Under the pieces are notes generated by a model that was not told where the DNA came from, did no database searches, and was given only the letters and a program-made list of their open reading frames with translations. The position numbers were made by a program, and so were the translations under genes. From assembly GCA_963818475.1 (NCBI GenBank), contig CAWFSF010000002.1:64001-128000 (forward strand): 64,000 nt of DNA, in the 5' to 3' direction. The DNA comes from Nitrospirota bacterium. Its GTDB lineage: Bacteria; Nitrospirota; UBA9217. Each line of letters opens with the position of its first letter. The stretch's first letter is position 1. Positions 11,788-22,062 of this stretch are shown here, one piece after another.

Positions 11788-13452
11788 TCACATTCTCTCC
11801 GGCGCATTCACCCCCAGGATCGTAAGCGCGCTCTTGATCACCGTCTTTACCTGCTTCATGAGAAAGAGCATGGCTGCTGTCCGGGCCGCGTCCTCGGTGA
11901 TGACCCGGTGTTTGAAATAATAATTATGCATCAGCCCTGCCAGGTCCTGCAGATAGAACGTGAGCCGGTGCGGCTCGTACGCCAGGGCCGCTTCTTCCAC
12001 GACCTCGGGATATTTTGCCAGGGCCTTGATGATGTTCTGCTCTTCTTCACGGCCGAGGAGCGCGATGTTCACGGCATCTTTCGCGGGAATGGCGATGCCC
12101 CGTGTCTCGGCCTCGCGGAACAGGCTTGCGATCCGCGCATGAGCGTACTGCACATAATAGACCGGGTTCTCCCGGGACTGTTCCTTGGCAATGGTGAGGT
12201 CGAAATCGAGGTGGCTGTCGGAGCGGCGCGTCAGGAAGATGAACCGGGCCGCATCGCTGCCCACGTCCTGCACGACATCCCGAAGCGTCACAAAATTTCC
12301 GGCGCGCTTTGACATCGGCACGGGCTGGCCGTTCCGCAGGATCGCCACGAGCTGCACCAGCAGCACGTGAAGCGAATCCTTGGGATGGCCGAAGGCCTGG
12401 ATCACCGCCTGCACGCGCGGGATGTACCCGTGGTGGTCGGCGCCCCAGATGTTCACGAGCGACTTGAACCCCCGCGCCAGTTTGTTCCGGTGGTACGCGA
12501 TGTCCGTGGCCAGATAGGTGTAGCTTTTGTCCTGCTTCACCACGACCCGGTCCTTGTCGTCGCCGAAGGTGGTCGAACGGAGCCAGAGCGCCCCGTCCTG
12601 TTCATACATGTTCCTGCTCTCCAGAAGCTCTTCAATGGACCCCTGCACGGAATTGTCCTTGAGCAGGCTTGCTTCGCTGAACCAGGTGTCGAAGCGCACG
12701 CCAAAGGACTCGAGATCGGTCCTGATATCAACGAGCATGGCCTCTTTGCCGAAATCGCCGAACACGTCGACGCATTCCTCAAAAGGGACCTTGAGATATT
12801 TGTTGCCGTGCAACTTGGTAAAGGCCTGCGCGATCTCCTCGATGTAGCTGCCGTGGTAGCCGTCCTCGGGAAAGGGCACGTCATTGCCAAAAGACTGCTG
12901 ATACCGCGTCCAGACCGAGAGGGCCAGCAAACGGATCTGCCTGCCTGCGTCATTGATGTAGAACTCGCGGGAAACGTCGTAGCCCACGGCGGAAAGCAGG
13001 TTCGCAAGAGCGTCGCCCAGGGCAGCGCCCCGCCCGTGGCCCACGTGGAGCGGGCCCGTGGGGTTGGCGCTCACAAATTCGACGAGCACCTTCTCGCCCT
13101 TGCCGATATTCCGCAGTCCGTACTCAGCGCCTTCGGAATCTATTTCAAAGAGCGTCTGCTGCCAGCGGTCCTGCTTAAAGGTAAAATTGATGAATCCCGG
13201 CCCGGCGATCTCCGTCTTGGCAATGATGCCGCCGGTGTCCTGGATATTGCGGACGATGATCTCGGCGATCTTCCGCGGGGGTTTGGACTCCGCTTTTGCC
13301 AGGGTCAGGGCAAGCGTCGTGGCCAGGTCTCCATGGCTCTTCTCGCGCGGAGTTTCGAGCACGATCGCCGGAATTTCAACGAGCTGCAGTTCACCCTTGC
13401 TCTTTGCCCGGCCAAGCGCTTCAAGCAGAATATCGGTTACGGTATTTTTCAT
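11788..13452 (-). CDS. argS: arginine--tRNA ligase
   Basis: SANPTGPLHVGH (HIGH motif), WGADHHGY, MSKRAG, YVQYAHAR. Confidence 0.97.
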   Translation of the reverse strand: MKNTVTDILLEALGRAKSKGELQLVEIPAIVLETPREKSHGDLATTLALTLAKAESKPPRKIAEIIVRNIQDTGGIIAKTEIAGPGFINFTFKQDRWQQTLFEIDSEGAEYGLRNIGKGEKVLVEFVSANPTGPLHVGHGRGAALGDALANLLSAVGYDVSREFYINDAGRQIRLLALSVWTRYQQSFGNDVPFPEDGYHGSYIEEIAQAFTKLHGNKYLKVPFEECVDVFGDFGKEAMLVDIRTDLESFGVRFDTWFSEASLLKDNSVQGSIEELLESRNMYEQDGALWLRSTTFGDDKDRVVVKQDKSYTYLATDIAYHRNKLARGFKSLVNIWGADHHGYIPRVQAVIQAFGHPKDSLHVLLVQLVAILRNGQPVPMSKRAGNFVTLRDVVQDVGSDAARFIFLTRRSDSHLDFDLTIAKEQSRENPVYYVQYAHARIASLFREAETRGIAIPAKDAVNIALLGREEEQNIIKALAKYPEVVEEAALAYEPHRLTFYLQDLAGLMHNYYFKHRVITEDAARTAAMLFLMKQVKTVIKSALTILGVNAPERM

Positions 13453-13617
13453 GCGATTTCGTGTTTGCGGGTACCGTTCCGGAACGTCAGAACACCGAGC
13501 AGGCGCTCTGTGCCGAAAGCAAAGATCTCAAGCTGGCCGAATCCCGTTCGGCGGCGGGAACGCGGGGACGTTTAAGGCACTGTTTCTCTTTGGTTATCCT
13601 ACTGTTACGAGCATGGA

Positions 13618-13645
13618 AGTATATCGTATCCCGGATAAAAGTCAA
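13618..13645 (-). promoter_or_regulatory. sigma70-type promoter for argS (TTGACT-16-TATACT)
   Basis: Near-consensus hexamers about 165 nt upstream of the argS ATG. Confidence 0.6.
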
Positions 13646-13660
13646 TAAAAATAATCCCTC

Positions 13661-13689
13661 TTTACTTGGATTGGGTGGTGTGGTATGTT
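13661..13689 (+). promoter_or_regulatory. sigma70-type promoter (TTTACT-17-TATGTT with extended TG)
   Basis: Divergent from the argS promoter, upstream of the DUF151 RBS. Confidence 0.45.
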
Positions 13690-13715
13690 TTAAAAAAGCA
13701 GAGGAGACGCATCCT

Positions 13716-14171
13716 ATGTGGGTCCAGATGACCGTAAATACCGTGCTGTTCGACAGCAGGAACAACAGCTACATCGTTGTGCTGAAGGATGATTCGGGAA
13801 AGAAACTCCTGCCGATCTGGATCGGCGCCTCTGAAGGCAACTCCATCGCCCTGGCCATGAGCAATGTCAAGGCAGCCCGCCCGCTCACCCACGACCTCCT
13901 GGTGAACATATTCGACCGCCTGGAAGTGGAGATCGCCCGCGTCGTCATCAGCGACCTGATCGACAACACCTTCTACGCATCGCTCTACCTGCTCCAGAAT
14001 GGCAAGGAGTTCCACATCGATTCGCGGCCCAGCGACGCCATCGCGGTCGCCATCCGGATCGGCGCGCCCGTATTCGTGGAAGAAGAGGTCCTGTCAAAGC
14101 AGGATGCGACAACGATCGATACGTGGATGAAGAACCTCGGCGAGAGCGGCGGGACGGAATATAACGCGTAG
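13716..14171 (+). CDS. bifunctional nuclease (DUF151) family protein
   Basis: LPIWIG, RPLTHDL and IDSRPSDAIA motifs; GAGGAG RBS before ATG 13716. Confidence 0.92.
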   Translation: MWVQMTVNTVLFDSRNNSYIVVLKDDSGKKLLPIWIGASEGNSIALAMSNVKAARPLTHDLLVNIFDRLEVEIARVVISDLIDNTFYASLYLLQNGKEFHIDSRPSDAIAVAIRIGAPVFVEEEVLSKQDATTIDTWMKNLGESGGTEYNA

Positions 14172-14175
14172 GGTG

Positions 14176-14278
14176 ATTCAGGGTCCAGGGTACAGGGTCC
14201 AGGGTTCAAGGTTCAGGATCATTCAGTTTCGATTTAATTCCGCAATCCGCGAATTCCGCATTCCGCAATCCGAATTTG
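14176..14278. repeat. two adjacent heptamer arrays (GGTCCAG-type and ATTCCGC-type) between convergent genes
   Basis: GGGTCCA-GGGTACA-GGGTCCA-GGGTTCA-AGGTTCA, then ATTCCGC/AATCCGC units. Confidence 0.7.
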
Positions 14279-14280
14279 AT

Positions 14281-14880
14281 CTAGATCCCCCACCTCGGCG
14301 ACAGATCGTTCTCCACCCCCATGCTGTCCAGCACCCTGGCAACGACAAAATCCACCAGCTCGCTGACGCGCTTCGGCTGGTGATAGAACCCCGGCATGGC
14401 AGGAATGATATGGCACCCCAGGTCCGCCAGGGTCAGCATATTCCTGAGATGAATGGGTGAAAGCGGCGTTTCGCGCGGCACGATGATGAGCTTCCGCTGT
14501 TCCTTGATGGTCACGTCGGCTGCGCGCTCGATGAGCGTCGAGGCATAGCCGTTCGCCATTGACGCCAGCGTCTTCATGGAGCAGGGGATCACGACCATGG
14601 CGTCGATCTTGACCGACCCGCTCGCGATCGGCGCGTACATGTTGTCCTCGTCGAAATACTCGATCTGCCCTTCTTTGGCTTCGAGCCGCTTTTCCAGCGC
14701 GAACATGATGTCGGTCTCCGAGCCTTTGAGCATCAGCCCTGCCTCGTCATTCATGATCGAAAGCCCCTCGCCGGTGATGGTCAGGTAGATCTTGTGCCCT
14801 CCCTTGACCAGGACTTCGAGCAGTCTTAAGGCATAGGGTGCGCCCGAGGCGCCGGTGATCGCTACGGTATAGGTTGCCAT
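14281..14880 (-). CDS. ubiX: flavin prenyltransferase UbiX
   Basis: ITGASG, IASGS, PCSMKTLA, RETPL and PGFY motifs. Confidence 0.93.
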   Translation of the reverse strand: MATYTVAITGASGAPYALRLLEVLVKGGHKIYLTITGEGLSIMNDEAGLMLKGSETDIMFALEKRLEAKEGQIEYFDEDNMYAPIASGSVKIDAMVVIPCSMKTLASMANGYASTLIERAADVTIKEQRKLIIVPRETPLSPIHLRNMLTLADLGCHIIPAMPGFYHQPKRVSELVDFVVARVLDSMGVENDLSPRWGI

Positions 14881-15052
14881 GAGGTACCTCTTTCTTGTGA
14901 AAAACGGAAACTTGCATGAGTCGTAACAAGCCAAATCTACCGCTCAGACCCGAGACGCGGAGAAAGGCAGGAGATTCGCGTGCGCTCCGTTCCTCGGCAA
15001 TGCCTTAGCTTCAAGTGGGAGACTATGCTCGAGACTGATCAATGTTCACATC

Positions 15053-15298
15053 TTAACTCTGCTTCGCCTTTTTCAAAATATTCTTTTTGTACTTCAGGTA
15101 CAGCTCTTCGACCTTCGTTCTCGCCCAGGGGGTCTTTCTCAGGAACTGCAGGCTGGACTTGATGCTCGGGTCATTCTTAAAGCACCGGATATCGATGATC
15201 TGCCCCATCTTCTCCCACCCGTGATGCTCCACCAGCTGGGTAAGCATCATTTCCAGCGTGACGCCGTGAAGAGGGTCTTTGTGTTGTTGGTCGGTCAT
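15053..15298 (-). CDS. VF530/DUF2132 family small DNA-binding protein
   Basis: DPLHGVTLE...YGW-like (HGW)...CF..DPSIKSSLQFLRKTPWARTKVE. Confidence 0.88.
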   Translation of the reverse strand: MTDQQHKDPLHGVTLEMMLTQLVEHHGWEKMGQIIDIRCFKNDPSIKSSLQFLRKTPWARTKVEELYLKYKKNILKKAKQS

Positions 15299-16574
15299 GT
15301 CTCCATTCTTCAGCTGTTTCGGATCCTGTAGTCGCTGATCCGATTTCAGTTGTATTACTGGCGGCTTCCGGCCTCTTGATCGCAAGCATCGAGAGCATCA
15401 CGCTCGCCAGGATCGCCAGGCCCGCTCCCATGCCGAAGGCTGCGGCAGAACCGAGCTTCTGCCAGACCAGACCGAAGATCAGCGATGCCGGCAAGGCCCC
15501 GAGGCCGACAACCAGGTGGTAGAGGCCGAAGGCCGAACCGCGGAGATGCGTTGGAGCGAAGTCGGCAACGAGCGCCTTCTCAACACCCTCGGTCAGGCCG
15601 AAGTAGATGCCGTACACGGCGAACAGCGCCCAGGCGTGCCAGTTCTGCGTTGCCGCGCCAAAGGCCGCATACACCAGGGCATAGACCACCCAGCCGGTAA
15701 CGATCACTTTTTTTCTGCCGATGCGGTCGGAGATGATGCCGCCGGGGACCGAGAGACCCATCTTCACGATATGGAGCACGACCCAGATCATCGGAAGGAG
15801 CGCGACCGGCACGCCGAGCTGCTGGGCCCGGAGCAGCAGGAATGCATCGGTCGAGTTGCCGAGCGTGAAGATGAGGATGATGACCAGATATTTTTTAAAA
15901 CCCGGAGGCATTTCGTTCCATGCTGTGCGGAAATTGAAGGTTGTCTTCGATGCGGCACTGATGGGCTCGGCCTTTTTTTCCTTCAGCCCGAAAAGCAGCA
16001 GGCATACGGCGAGGATGCCGGGAATGACGGAGAGCAGAAAAATGGTCTTGAGATCATCGTGGAACACGAGCAGCAATGCAGTGGCGGCGAGCGGCCCGAC
16101 GATGGCGCCGCTGTGGTCCATGGCGCGGTGAAAACCGTAGGCGAGGCCGCGGGACTCGACCGGCGTCGAGTCGGCGATGATGGCGTCGCGCGGCGAGGTC
16201 CTGAGCCCTTTGCCCACGCGGTCCGAGAACCGGAGCACCAGCACATGGAGCCAGGACGTTGAAAAAGCGATGAGCGGCCTGATGATGTTCGAGATGGAAT
16301 AACCGGCAACGATCCAGCCCTTGCGTTTTTTCACGCGGTCCGACCAGTACCCGGAGTAGAGCTTGAGAAGCGATGCCGTGGTCTCGGCGATGCCTTCGAT
16401 GATCCCGAGCGCCGCCGGCCCTGCGCCGAGCACGGTGGACAGGAACACGGGCAGAAGCGGGTAGATCATCTCGGAGGCGCCGTCGTTCAGCAGGCTGACG
16501 AAGCCGAGGATGACAACATTGCGGGTAAGGCCCTTGCGCCAGCCGGGAGCGCTTGTTTTTGTCTTCGGTGTCAT
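15177..16574 (-). CDS. MFS transporter (C-terminal tail probably extended by an indel)
   Basis: 12-TM pattern with SDRVKKRK and SDRIGRKK loop motifs; the last about 40 codons overlap the VF530 gene. Confidence 0.88.
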   Translation of the reverse strand: MTPKTKTSAPGWRKGLTRNVVILGFVSLLNDGASEMIYPLLPVFLSTVLGAGPAALGIIEGIAETTASLLKLYSGYWSDRVKKRKGWIVAGYSISNIIRPLIAFSTSWLHVLVLRFSDRVGKGLRTSPRDAIIADSTPVESRGLAYGFHRAMDHSGAIVGPLAATALLLVFHDDLKTIFLLSVIPGILAVCLLLFGLKEKKAEPISAASKTTFNFRTAWNEMPPGFKKYLVIILIFTLGNSTDAFLLLRAQQLGVPVALLPMIWVVLHIVKMGLSVPGGIISDRIGRKKVIVTGWVVYALVYAAFGAATQNWHAWALFAVYGIYFGLTEGVEKALVADFAPTHLRGSAFGLYHLVVGLGALPASLIFGLVWQKLGSAAAFGMGAGLAILASVMLSMLAIKRPEAASNTTEIGSATTGSETAEEWRHDRPTTQRPSSRRHAGNDAYPAGGASRVGEDGADHRYPVL

Positions 16575-16781
16575 GGGAAAGGACTTTACCTGAATTATGC
16601 TTTTTTTTCAAGCGAAACCGGGGAACAGATTGCCTGGACATTGCCGCTGAGAGCACAAAAAAGCCTTGCAGCAGCATGCGGAACAGGTCAAAGCAGAGGG
16701 GATATTCTTGCGGATATTTTTGAAATAGCTGGGGGTGGAACGGCCATCCAGCCGGAGCAACAGCTTCGGCATCCAAAGAAC

Positions 16782-17951
16782 CTAAGTGACGCTCAAAAAC
16801 ACATCAACGATCTCCGGATCGAACTGCGTGCCCGCAAAGGTCCGAAGCTCCTGCTGCGCCTCTACCGTGCTCAGCGCCTTTCGGTAAGGCCGATCCGACC
16901 GCATGACGTCCCAGGCATCGGCGACGGAGACGATCCTGGCGATCAGCGGGATGGCGGATCCCTCGAGCCCCGCGGGGTAGCCCGTGCCGTCGTAGTTTTC
17001 ATGGTGGTGCAGGATGCAGGGCAAGGCGGGCTCAAGGTACTTGAGCGATTTCAAGATCTCCACGCCCTTTGCAGGGTGGCTCTTAAGATCGTTCCATTCC
17101 GAGTTGTCGAGCTTCTCCGGCTTCAGGAGAATAAAGTCATTGATTCCGATCTTGCCCACATCGTGGAGCAGGGCGCCGATATGGAGATGCCGTTTCTGTT
17201 CGCTGTCCAAATTCAGGCGTCCGGCAATCAGCTCCGCGTAATGGGCGACCCGTTTGCAGTGGCCCGAGGTGCCTAAATCGCGCGCTTCCAGGGCCTGGGC
17301 CAGGGCTGCCAGCACATCGAAATGCATATTTTCCAGTTCCTGCGTCCTCTCCCGCACTTTGGACTCGAGGGTGTTCATGAGCTCTTTTTTCTGATTGTCG
17401 AGTTCGCGCCTGCGGCTGACGAACTCGATGGTCCTCACCAGGTCAGCCATGAAGAAGGGCTTCGTGATGAAGTCCGAGGCGCCTCGCTTCAGGGCGTCGA
17501 CGGCGAGATCGGTATTGCCGTTGGCCGTGATTATCACATAGTAGAGCCGGGGGTCGGACGCCTTCATTTTCTCCATGAGGTCCAGTCCCCGGTCCCTGCC
17601 GATGAACTGATCGAGGAATACCATGTCGAAGGGCGCCTCATTAATCAGTCTGAGCGCGTCGTCGCCGTTTGATGCGGTCTTCACGTTATACCCGGCGTCG
17701 CCCAGCATCAGCGAAAAGGCCTGCAGGATCCTCTTTTCATCGTCTACAGCAAGAATGCGCAGATCGCGCAACGTCGATGCGCTCCCGTTCAGTGCCGGCT
17801 GGGCCGCGCCGGGCAGGTGGCCGCTGCCCGTCAGATCAATGCGACTGCCGGGCGTTTGATCCTTCAGAGCTGCCGGGTCGATAAAAAAGTGAGCCTCCCT
17901 CTTTGAAGAAGCCTCTGCGACTGCATCGGTTACTTCGAGTTTGCTGTCCAA
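16782..17951 (-). CDS. response regulator with HD-GYP cyclic di-GMP phosphodiesterase domain
   Basis: REC motifs (VDDE, FLD, KPF) plus LHDVGKI and HHENYDGTGYP. Confidence 0.9.
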   Translation of the reverse strand: MDSKLEVTDAVAEASSKREAHFFIDPAALKDQTPGSRIDLTGSGHLPGAAQPALNGSASTLRDLRILAVDDEKRILQAFSLMLGDAGYNVKTASNGDDALRLINEAPFDMVFLDQFIGRDRGLDLMEKMKASDPRLYYVIITANGNTDLAVDALKRGASDFITKPFFMADLVRTIEFVSRRRELDNQKKELMNTLESKVRERTQELENMHFDVLAALAQALEARDLGTSGHCKRVAHYAELIAGRLNLDSEQKRHLHIGALLHDVGKIGINDFILLKPEKLDNSEWNDLKSHPAKGVEILKSLKYLEPALPCILHHHENYDGTGYPAGLEGSAIPLIARIVSVADAWDVMRSDRPYRKALSTVEAQQELRTFAGTQFDPEIVDVFLSVT

Positions 17952-18337
17952 AATGCCCCCAGTTTTGTGTCTACCTTGCGGATGTGATTCAGGAACCAGT
18001 TGACCACCAGCTGGTTTGTGGCGATTACGATATGGACGCCTGCGCCTTCTGTTGCAACCTGTTTTTTCAATACGGCTTGCTGCGCTTTGAATTCATCGTG
18101 CAGGGCTTTATGCGCCGCATAATCAGGGTAGGAATGTTTTATCATAAAGCGCTCTTCTTCGCCGAAGTGAGACAAGATATAGTCTTCAAGGAAGGCGATC
18201 AGACTTTCAACCTTTGCTTTTCCCTTGCCCTGCTTGCAGGCATCCAGCATTTCGTTGATTCTGAAAAATATCTCCTTATGCTGCCTGTCTATTTCCGTTG
18301 ATCCCGTCGCAAGGTCCTTCGTCCATTCTATTGCCAT
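17930..18337 (-). CDS. bacteriohemerythrin domain (possibly fused to the downstream REC-HD-GYP)
   Basis: IDRQH, HFGEEE, HKALH and NHIRKVD di-iron ligand pattern. Confidence 0.9.
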   Translation of the reverse strand: MAIEWTKDLATGSTEIDRQHKEIFFRINEMLDACKQGKGKAKVESLIAFLEDYILSHFGEEERFMIKHSYPDYAAHKALHDEFKAQQAVLKKQVATEGAGVHIVIATNQLVVNWFLNHIRKVDTKLGAFWTANSK

Positions 18338-18491
18338 GCCTGCCCCCTCAGCTTTGTTATTACATAATTAGCAAGAAACCTGCCAGGATAAAGCCCTATT
18401 GTAATCACAGGATTTATATCTCAGAAAGGCTGTTCATTATCGGGCATAATTGCCGATTTACCGGTATAGTACCCGGCTGGCGGGCAGAAAA

Positions 18492-20846
18492 TCAGTGCAG
18501 CGGGAGGACGATAACGAACGTAGCACCCTTTCCTTCCTCGGAATGCACGGTGATCGTACCGCCGTGATTCGCGATGATCTTGTGGGCGATAGACAGGCCG
18601 AGACCGGTCCCGCCCGTATTCGTCTTCGTGGTGAAGAAGGGGTCGAAGACATTTTTTTGGGCATTCTCGGGAATGCCGATGCCCGTATCGCTGATCTGTA
18701 TCACCGCCGAATCCGCCTCGCGGGCCGTTGAAAGTCCAAGCATCCCCCGTTCCTCCATTGCATCCAGCGCGTTCATGATGATGATCAGAAAAACCTGCCG
18801 CAACTCCCCTTCATTCGCGAAGATGACCGGGAGCTCCTCCCCGTAGTTCCTGACAATATCCACATTCATGAGCCTGCCCTGAAAACCGACCATTTCAACG
18901 GTTTTATCAAGCAGCTCGGCAGGGGAGACTTCCTTCTTTTCATAGGAAGATGTGCGCACAAAGGAAAGCATCGTGGTCGTGATGCTTTTACAGCGCCTGA
19001 TCTCGTCAAGGATGATCTCGAAATAATTTTTACACATGTCGGTCTCGCAGCGCCCGCTCTTGAGCCGGTTCAGCAGCCCCTCGGTGCATCCGGCGATTGA
19101 AGCAAGGGGGTTGTTGATCTCGTGGGCGACTCCCGAGGCCATCTGTCCCAGCGAGGCAAGCCGTTCACTCATGATCAGGCGGAGTTCCTGGTCCTTTTCA
19201 GCGGTGATGTCCCGGGCGATATGCACTGACCCCTTGAACGCGCCACCGGGTGCATGGTAGGGAAACGTCGATACGCGCAATAATTTGTTCGTCTTCGGGT
19301 CGCGGATTTCGTGTGTGGCCGGCTTCTGGTCGTCCATCGTCATCTTGTGCGGACAGCCTTCGACGGGAGAACACATGCCGTGAACGAGTTCGTAACATTT
19401 TTTCGCCGGGCTGTTTACCGGGTCGAGGCCGCAATATTCCCGGAACGCCTTGTTCGACTTGATGATCCGGTAGTCAGTGTCGTGGATGGAGACGAGATCG
19501 GTAATGCTGTCGAACGTCAGCTGCCATTTCTGCTGCGATTGGGAGATCAGGGCGAGCTGGCCGACTATGGCCTTGTTCCGCTGTTCGATGTCTTCTATCA
19601 GCAGGCGGTTCTCTATGGCCGTTGCCGCCTGATTCGCGAAGATCATGAACGTTCCGATCCGCTTCTTCGTGAAATACCCCGCCCGATCGCTGTACAGAGT
19701 AAGGACGCTCAGCACGCTGTTCTCGGACGTGATGAGCGGAATAGCCATCACCGAGCCGTACCCCCGATTCACCGCCTCGGTCTTCCAGAGGGCCTCCGAA
19801 GGATCGGCGGCAAGGTCATTCACCACCTGGGGATGCATGGTACTGATCGCCCGCTCCGACGGTCCCCTTCCTTCCGCAGAACCGCTCCACCCGTCTTCGA
19901 CGCCAGAGAGGTAGCCGACATCATAACCGCATGCTGCGATGGCATGAACGCGGCCGTTCTCCCCCGCTATCCCGACCCACGCCATGCGCATTCCCATTTC
20001 CTTGATAAGGATGTTGCAGGTGGCCTCGTAGATGTTCTCCGTGCGCGGAACCGCGGCAACGACATTGGAAGAAACGGCAAGCGCCACCATCTCGTCCGCG
20101 TATAACTGCAGTTCCTGCTGAGAAACCGCAATGGACTCGACCATGCCGTTAAAGCCGGCGCCGAGGACGGTCAGTTCGTCGTTGCCCGACGACGGTATCC
20201 TGACATCGTGATCGCCGGCGCTGAATTTAGTCATCCCGTCGTAAACCGCCCCGAGTCGCCTTATGACCACGGCATTGGACAGCCAGAACATGGCGATCCC
20301 GACGAGCACGAAGGAGCCGAAGAACAGCAGGGCCTCTCCCACGATGTGATGCATGAGCTGCTGCTGGATAAACCCTTCTGAAAAATCGATGATGACGGCG
20401 CCGTTATAGGCTGCCTGTGCGTTGTGGCACCCGTAGCACTCGGGTCTATTGCGCACGGCCTGAACCCGCCGGTACTTCTCCGGTCCGGATCCGGCGCTGC
20501 GGTTCTCCCGGGCATCATAGCCGAAGCCCTCGATGGAGATTTTTGTTCCGAGCGCCCGGGGATCGGTGCCGGCCTTTACGATCCCGTCATTGTTCACCAG
20601 CAGTATCCTGCTGATGGAGTCGACGCCTCTGAGGTTCTCAAGGGTCGCATTCAGAACATTCATGTCCCGGGTTCCCATGGAGTGCGTGAGGCTTGCCTCA
20701 ATGACGGGACCGACCGTGTTTCCCAGGATTTCGAGCTCTTCCGCGCCTTCGGAAACTTTCGCCCGGTAATGAAGCGTGAGGGATACGGCGGCGACGACCA
20801 GGAGGATGATCATCGTGCCGATGCTGAGTTTCCGGTTAATTTTCAT
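18492..20846 (-). CDS. sensor histidine kinase (periplasmic CxxCH domain, HAMP, GAF, PAS, HisKA, HATPase)
   Basis: CYGCH between two TM segments; AHEINNPL H-box; DTGIG, FTTK and GTGLGL boxes. Confidence 0.9.
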   Translation of the reverse strand: MKINRKLSIGTMIILLVVAAVSLTLHYRAKVSEGAEELEILGNTVGPVIEASLTHSMGTRDMNVLNATLENLRGVDSISRILLVNNDGIVKAGTDPRALGTKISIEGFGYDARENRSAGSGPEKYRRVQAVRNRPECYGCHNAQAAYNGAVIIDFSEGFIQQQLMHHIVGEALLFFGSFVLVGIAMFWLSNAVVIRRLGAVYDGMTKFSAGDHDVRIPSSGNDELTVLGAGFNGMVESIAVSQQELQLYADEMVALAVSSNVVAAVPRTENIYEATCNILIKEMGMRMAWVGIAGENGRVHAIAACGYDVGYLSGVEDGWSGSAEGRGPSERAISTMHPQVVNDLAADPSEALWKTEAVNRGYGSVMAIPLITSENSVLSVLTLYSDRAGYFTKKRIGTFMIFANQAATAIENRLLIEDIEQRNKAIVGQLALISQSQQKWQLTFDSITDLVSIHDTDYRIIKSNKAFREYCGLDPVNSPAKKCYELVHGMCSPVEGCPHKMTMDDQKPATHEIRDPKTNKLLRVSTFPYHAPGGAFKGSVHIARDITAEKDQELRLIMSERLASLGQMASGVAHEINNPLASIAGCTEGLLNRLKSGRCETDMCKNYFEIILDEIRRCKSITTTMLSFVRTSSYEKKEVSPAELLDKTVEMVGFQGRLMNVDIVRNYGEELPVIFANEGELRQVFLIIIMNALDAMEERGMLGLSTAREADSAVIQISDTGIGIPENAQKNVFDPFFTTKTNTGGTGLGLSIAHKIIANHGGTITVHSEEGKGATFVIVLPLH

Positions 20847-21117
20847 GGTAACGCTGTTTCGCCTTCCTTCAGGTTTCGTGACGCCTGTCGATTATTGTGC
20901 AACTTTAGAATGCTTTTGTAAATAGTAAATTCTCGTTCCCCATGATGCGTTCGTAAAACGTGCGTTTCCATAAAACCCTGAAGGTACAGAGCTGTCACAA
21001 TACTGTCTGAACGCGCGTGTGATCTTCAACGTATGCGGACGAGATCGTGCAGCAGGCCGATGCCGCCCTGTATCAAGCAAAGCGGGAGGGCAGGAACAAG
21101 ATCATTTCTCCGCGGGC

Positions 21118-22033
21118 TCAGCCTTTATTCGCATCAGCATCGGACAGCACTTTTCGCTGAAGCTGGTCCAGCGTGTCGCAGAGGCCGTCGATCTCATCAC
21201 GGCTGTTTTGCCGGTGGTCCTCAAAGGCATAGCGGTCGGCCTTGCCGTGGATCAGCTTATCCGCGGCAGCGGTCATCGCCTTGACCCGGTCGAGGATCAC
21301 TTTTTTGAGCAGGAACAGGTTGAGCAGGAAGGCAGCCAGGATCAGGCCGATCGAGAGGGGATTCAGCATGGGCGATGCGGCCAGCAGCGACGCCACCGGC
21401 ATTTCGACCGAGATGATCCCCCGGATGTCCCCCATCTTGTACCCGAAGGCCCTGAATTCGCCGTAGCGTTCGACGACCTCTTTCGGCGCAGCAGAAGCAG
21501 CTCCATGGCAGCGGAGACACCGTTCTTCGATCCTGATCGGAACGGCGTACCGATACCGGCTTCCTTCGATCCGCTCGATGTACAGCTTCTGCTTGTCAAC
21601 GGGCTCTGCCGCGTTCATTTTGAAGGCGAAGATGGCGCTCGATTCAAAGGCGTCCGGGAATATTGGCCGGGTTTCGGTAGTTGTCGCTCGTCACCCGGAA
21701 CGTGGTGTTAACATTCGACCGCTTGACGATGTTCGATAATTCACGCGTAGCCAGCGCCGGATTCTTCGAATAGAAGACCGTGCCGCCGCACTGAGAGCTG
21801 CTCAGGTAGTCGGCGTCCTGCTTGTTCAGGTTGTCGACCCAGACCATGCCCGTTGCCGAGATCCAGCTTCGGAAGGCGATGACCTGCTCGGCCACGGCCT
21901 GGGCGGAACTGCGCATCAAAAAGACGCGCAGGTTGTTTGCGGCGATATAGCCGGCCGCAAAGGTCAGGCCGATCGCGAGCAGCAGGATGACCGTGAACTT
22001 GACATAGATCGACTGCTTTCTTAATCCCATCAT
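21118..22033 (-). CDS. DUF3365/Tll0287-like c-type heme membrane protein with HAMP but no output domain; one frameshift near 21660
   Basis: YSKNPALATRELS, RNPAN, CLRCH and GYKMGDIRGIISV motifs; two ORF pieces. Confidence 0.8.
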
Positions 22034-22062
22034 GATATTCTCCCCCTCCGGCAGCGCCACTC

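Noticed and set aside
13453-13500. T-box riboswitch before argS
   Set aside because: The closest sequence is CGGTACC rather than TGGNACC, and no terminator or specifier stem was evident.
15177-15298. 122-nt same-strand overlap of the MFS and VF530 genes as a real overlapping-gene pair
   Set aside because: The MFS tail after the last TM helix is not family-like, so an indel removing the true stop is more likely.
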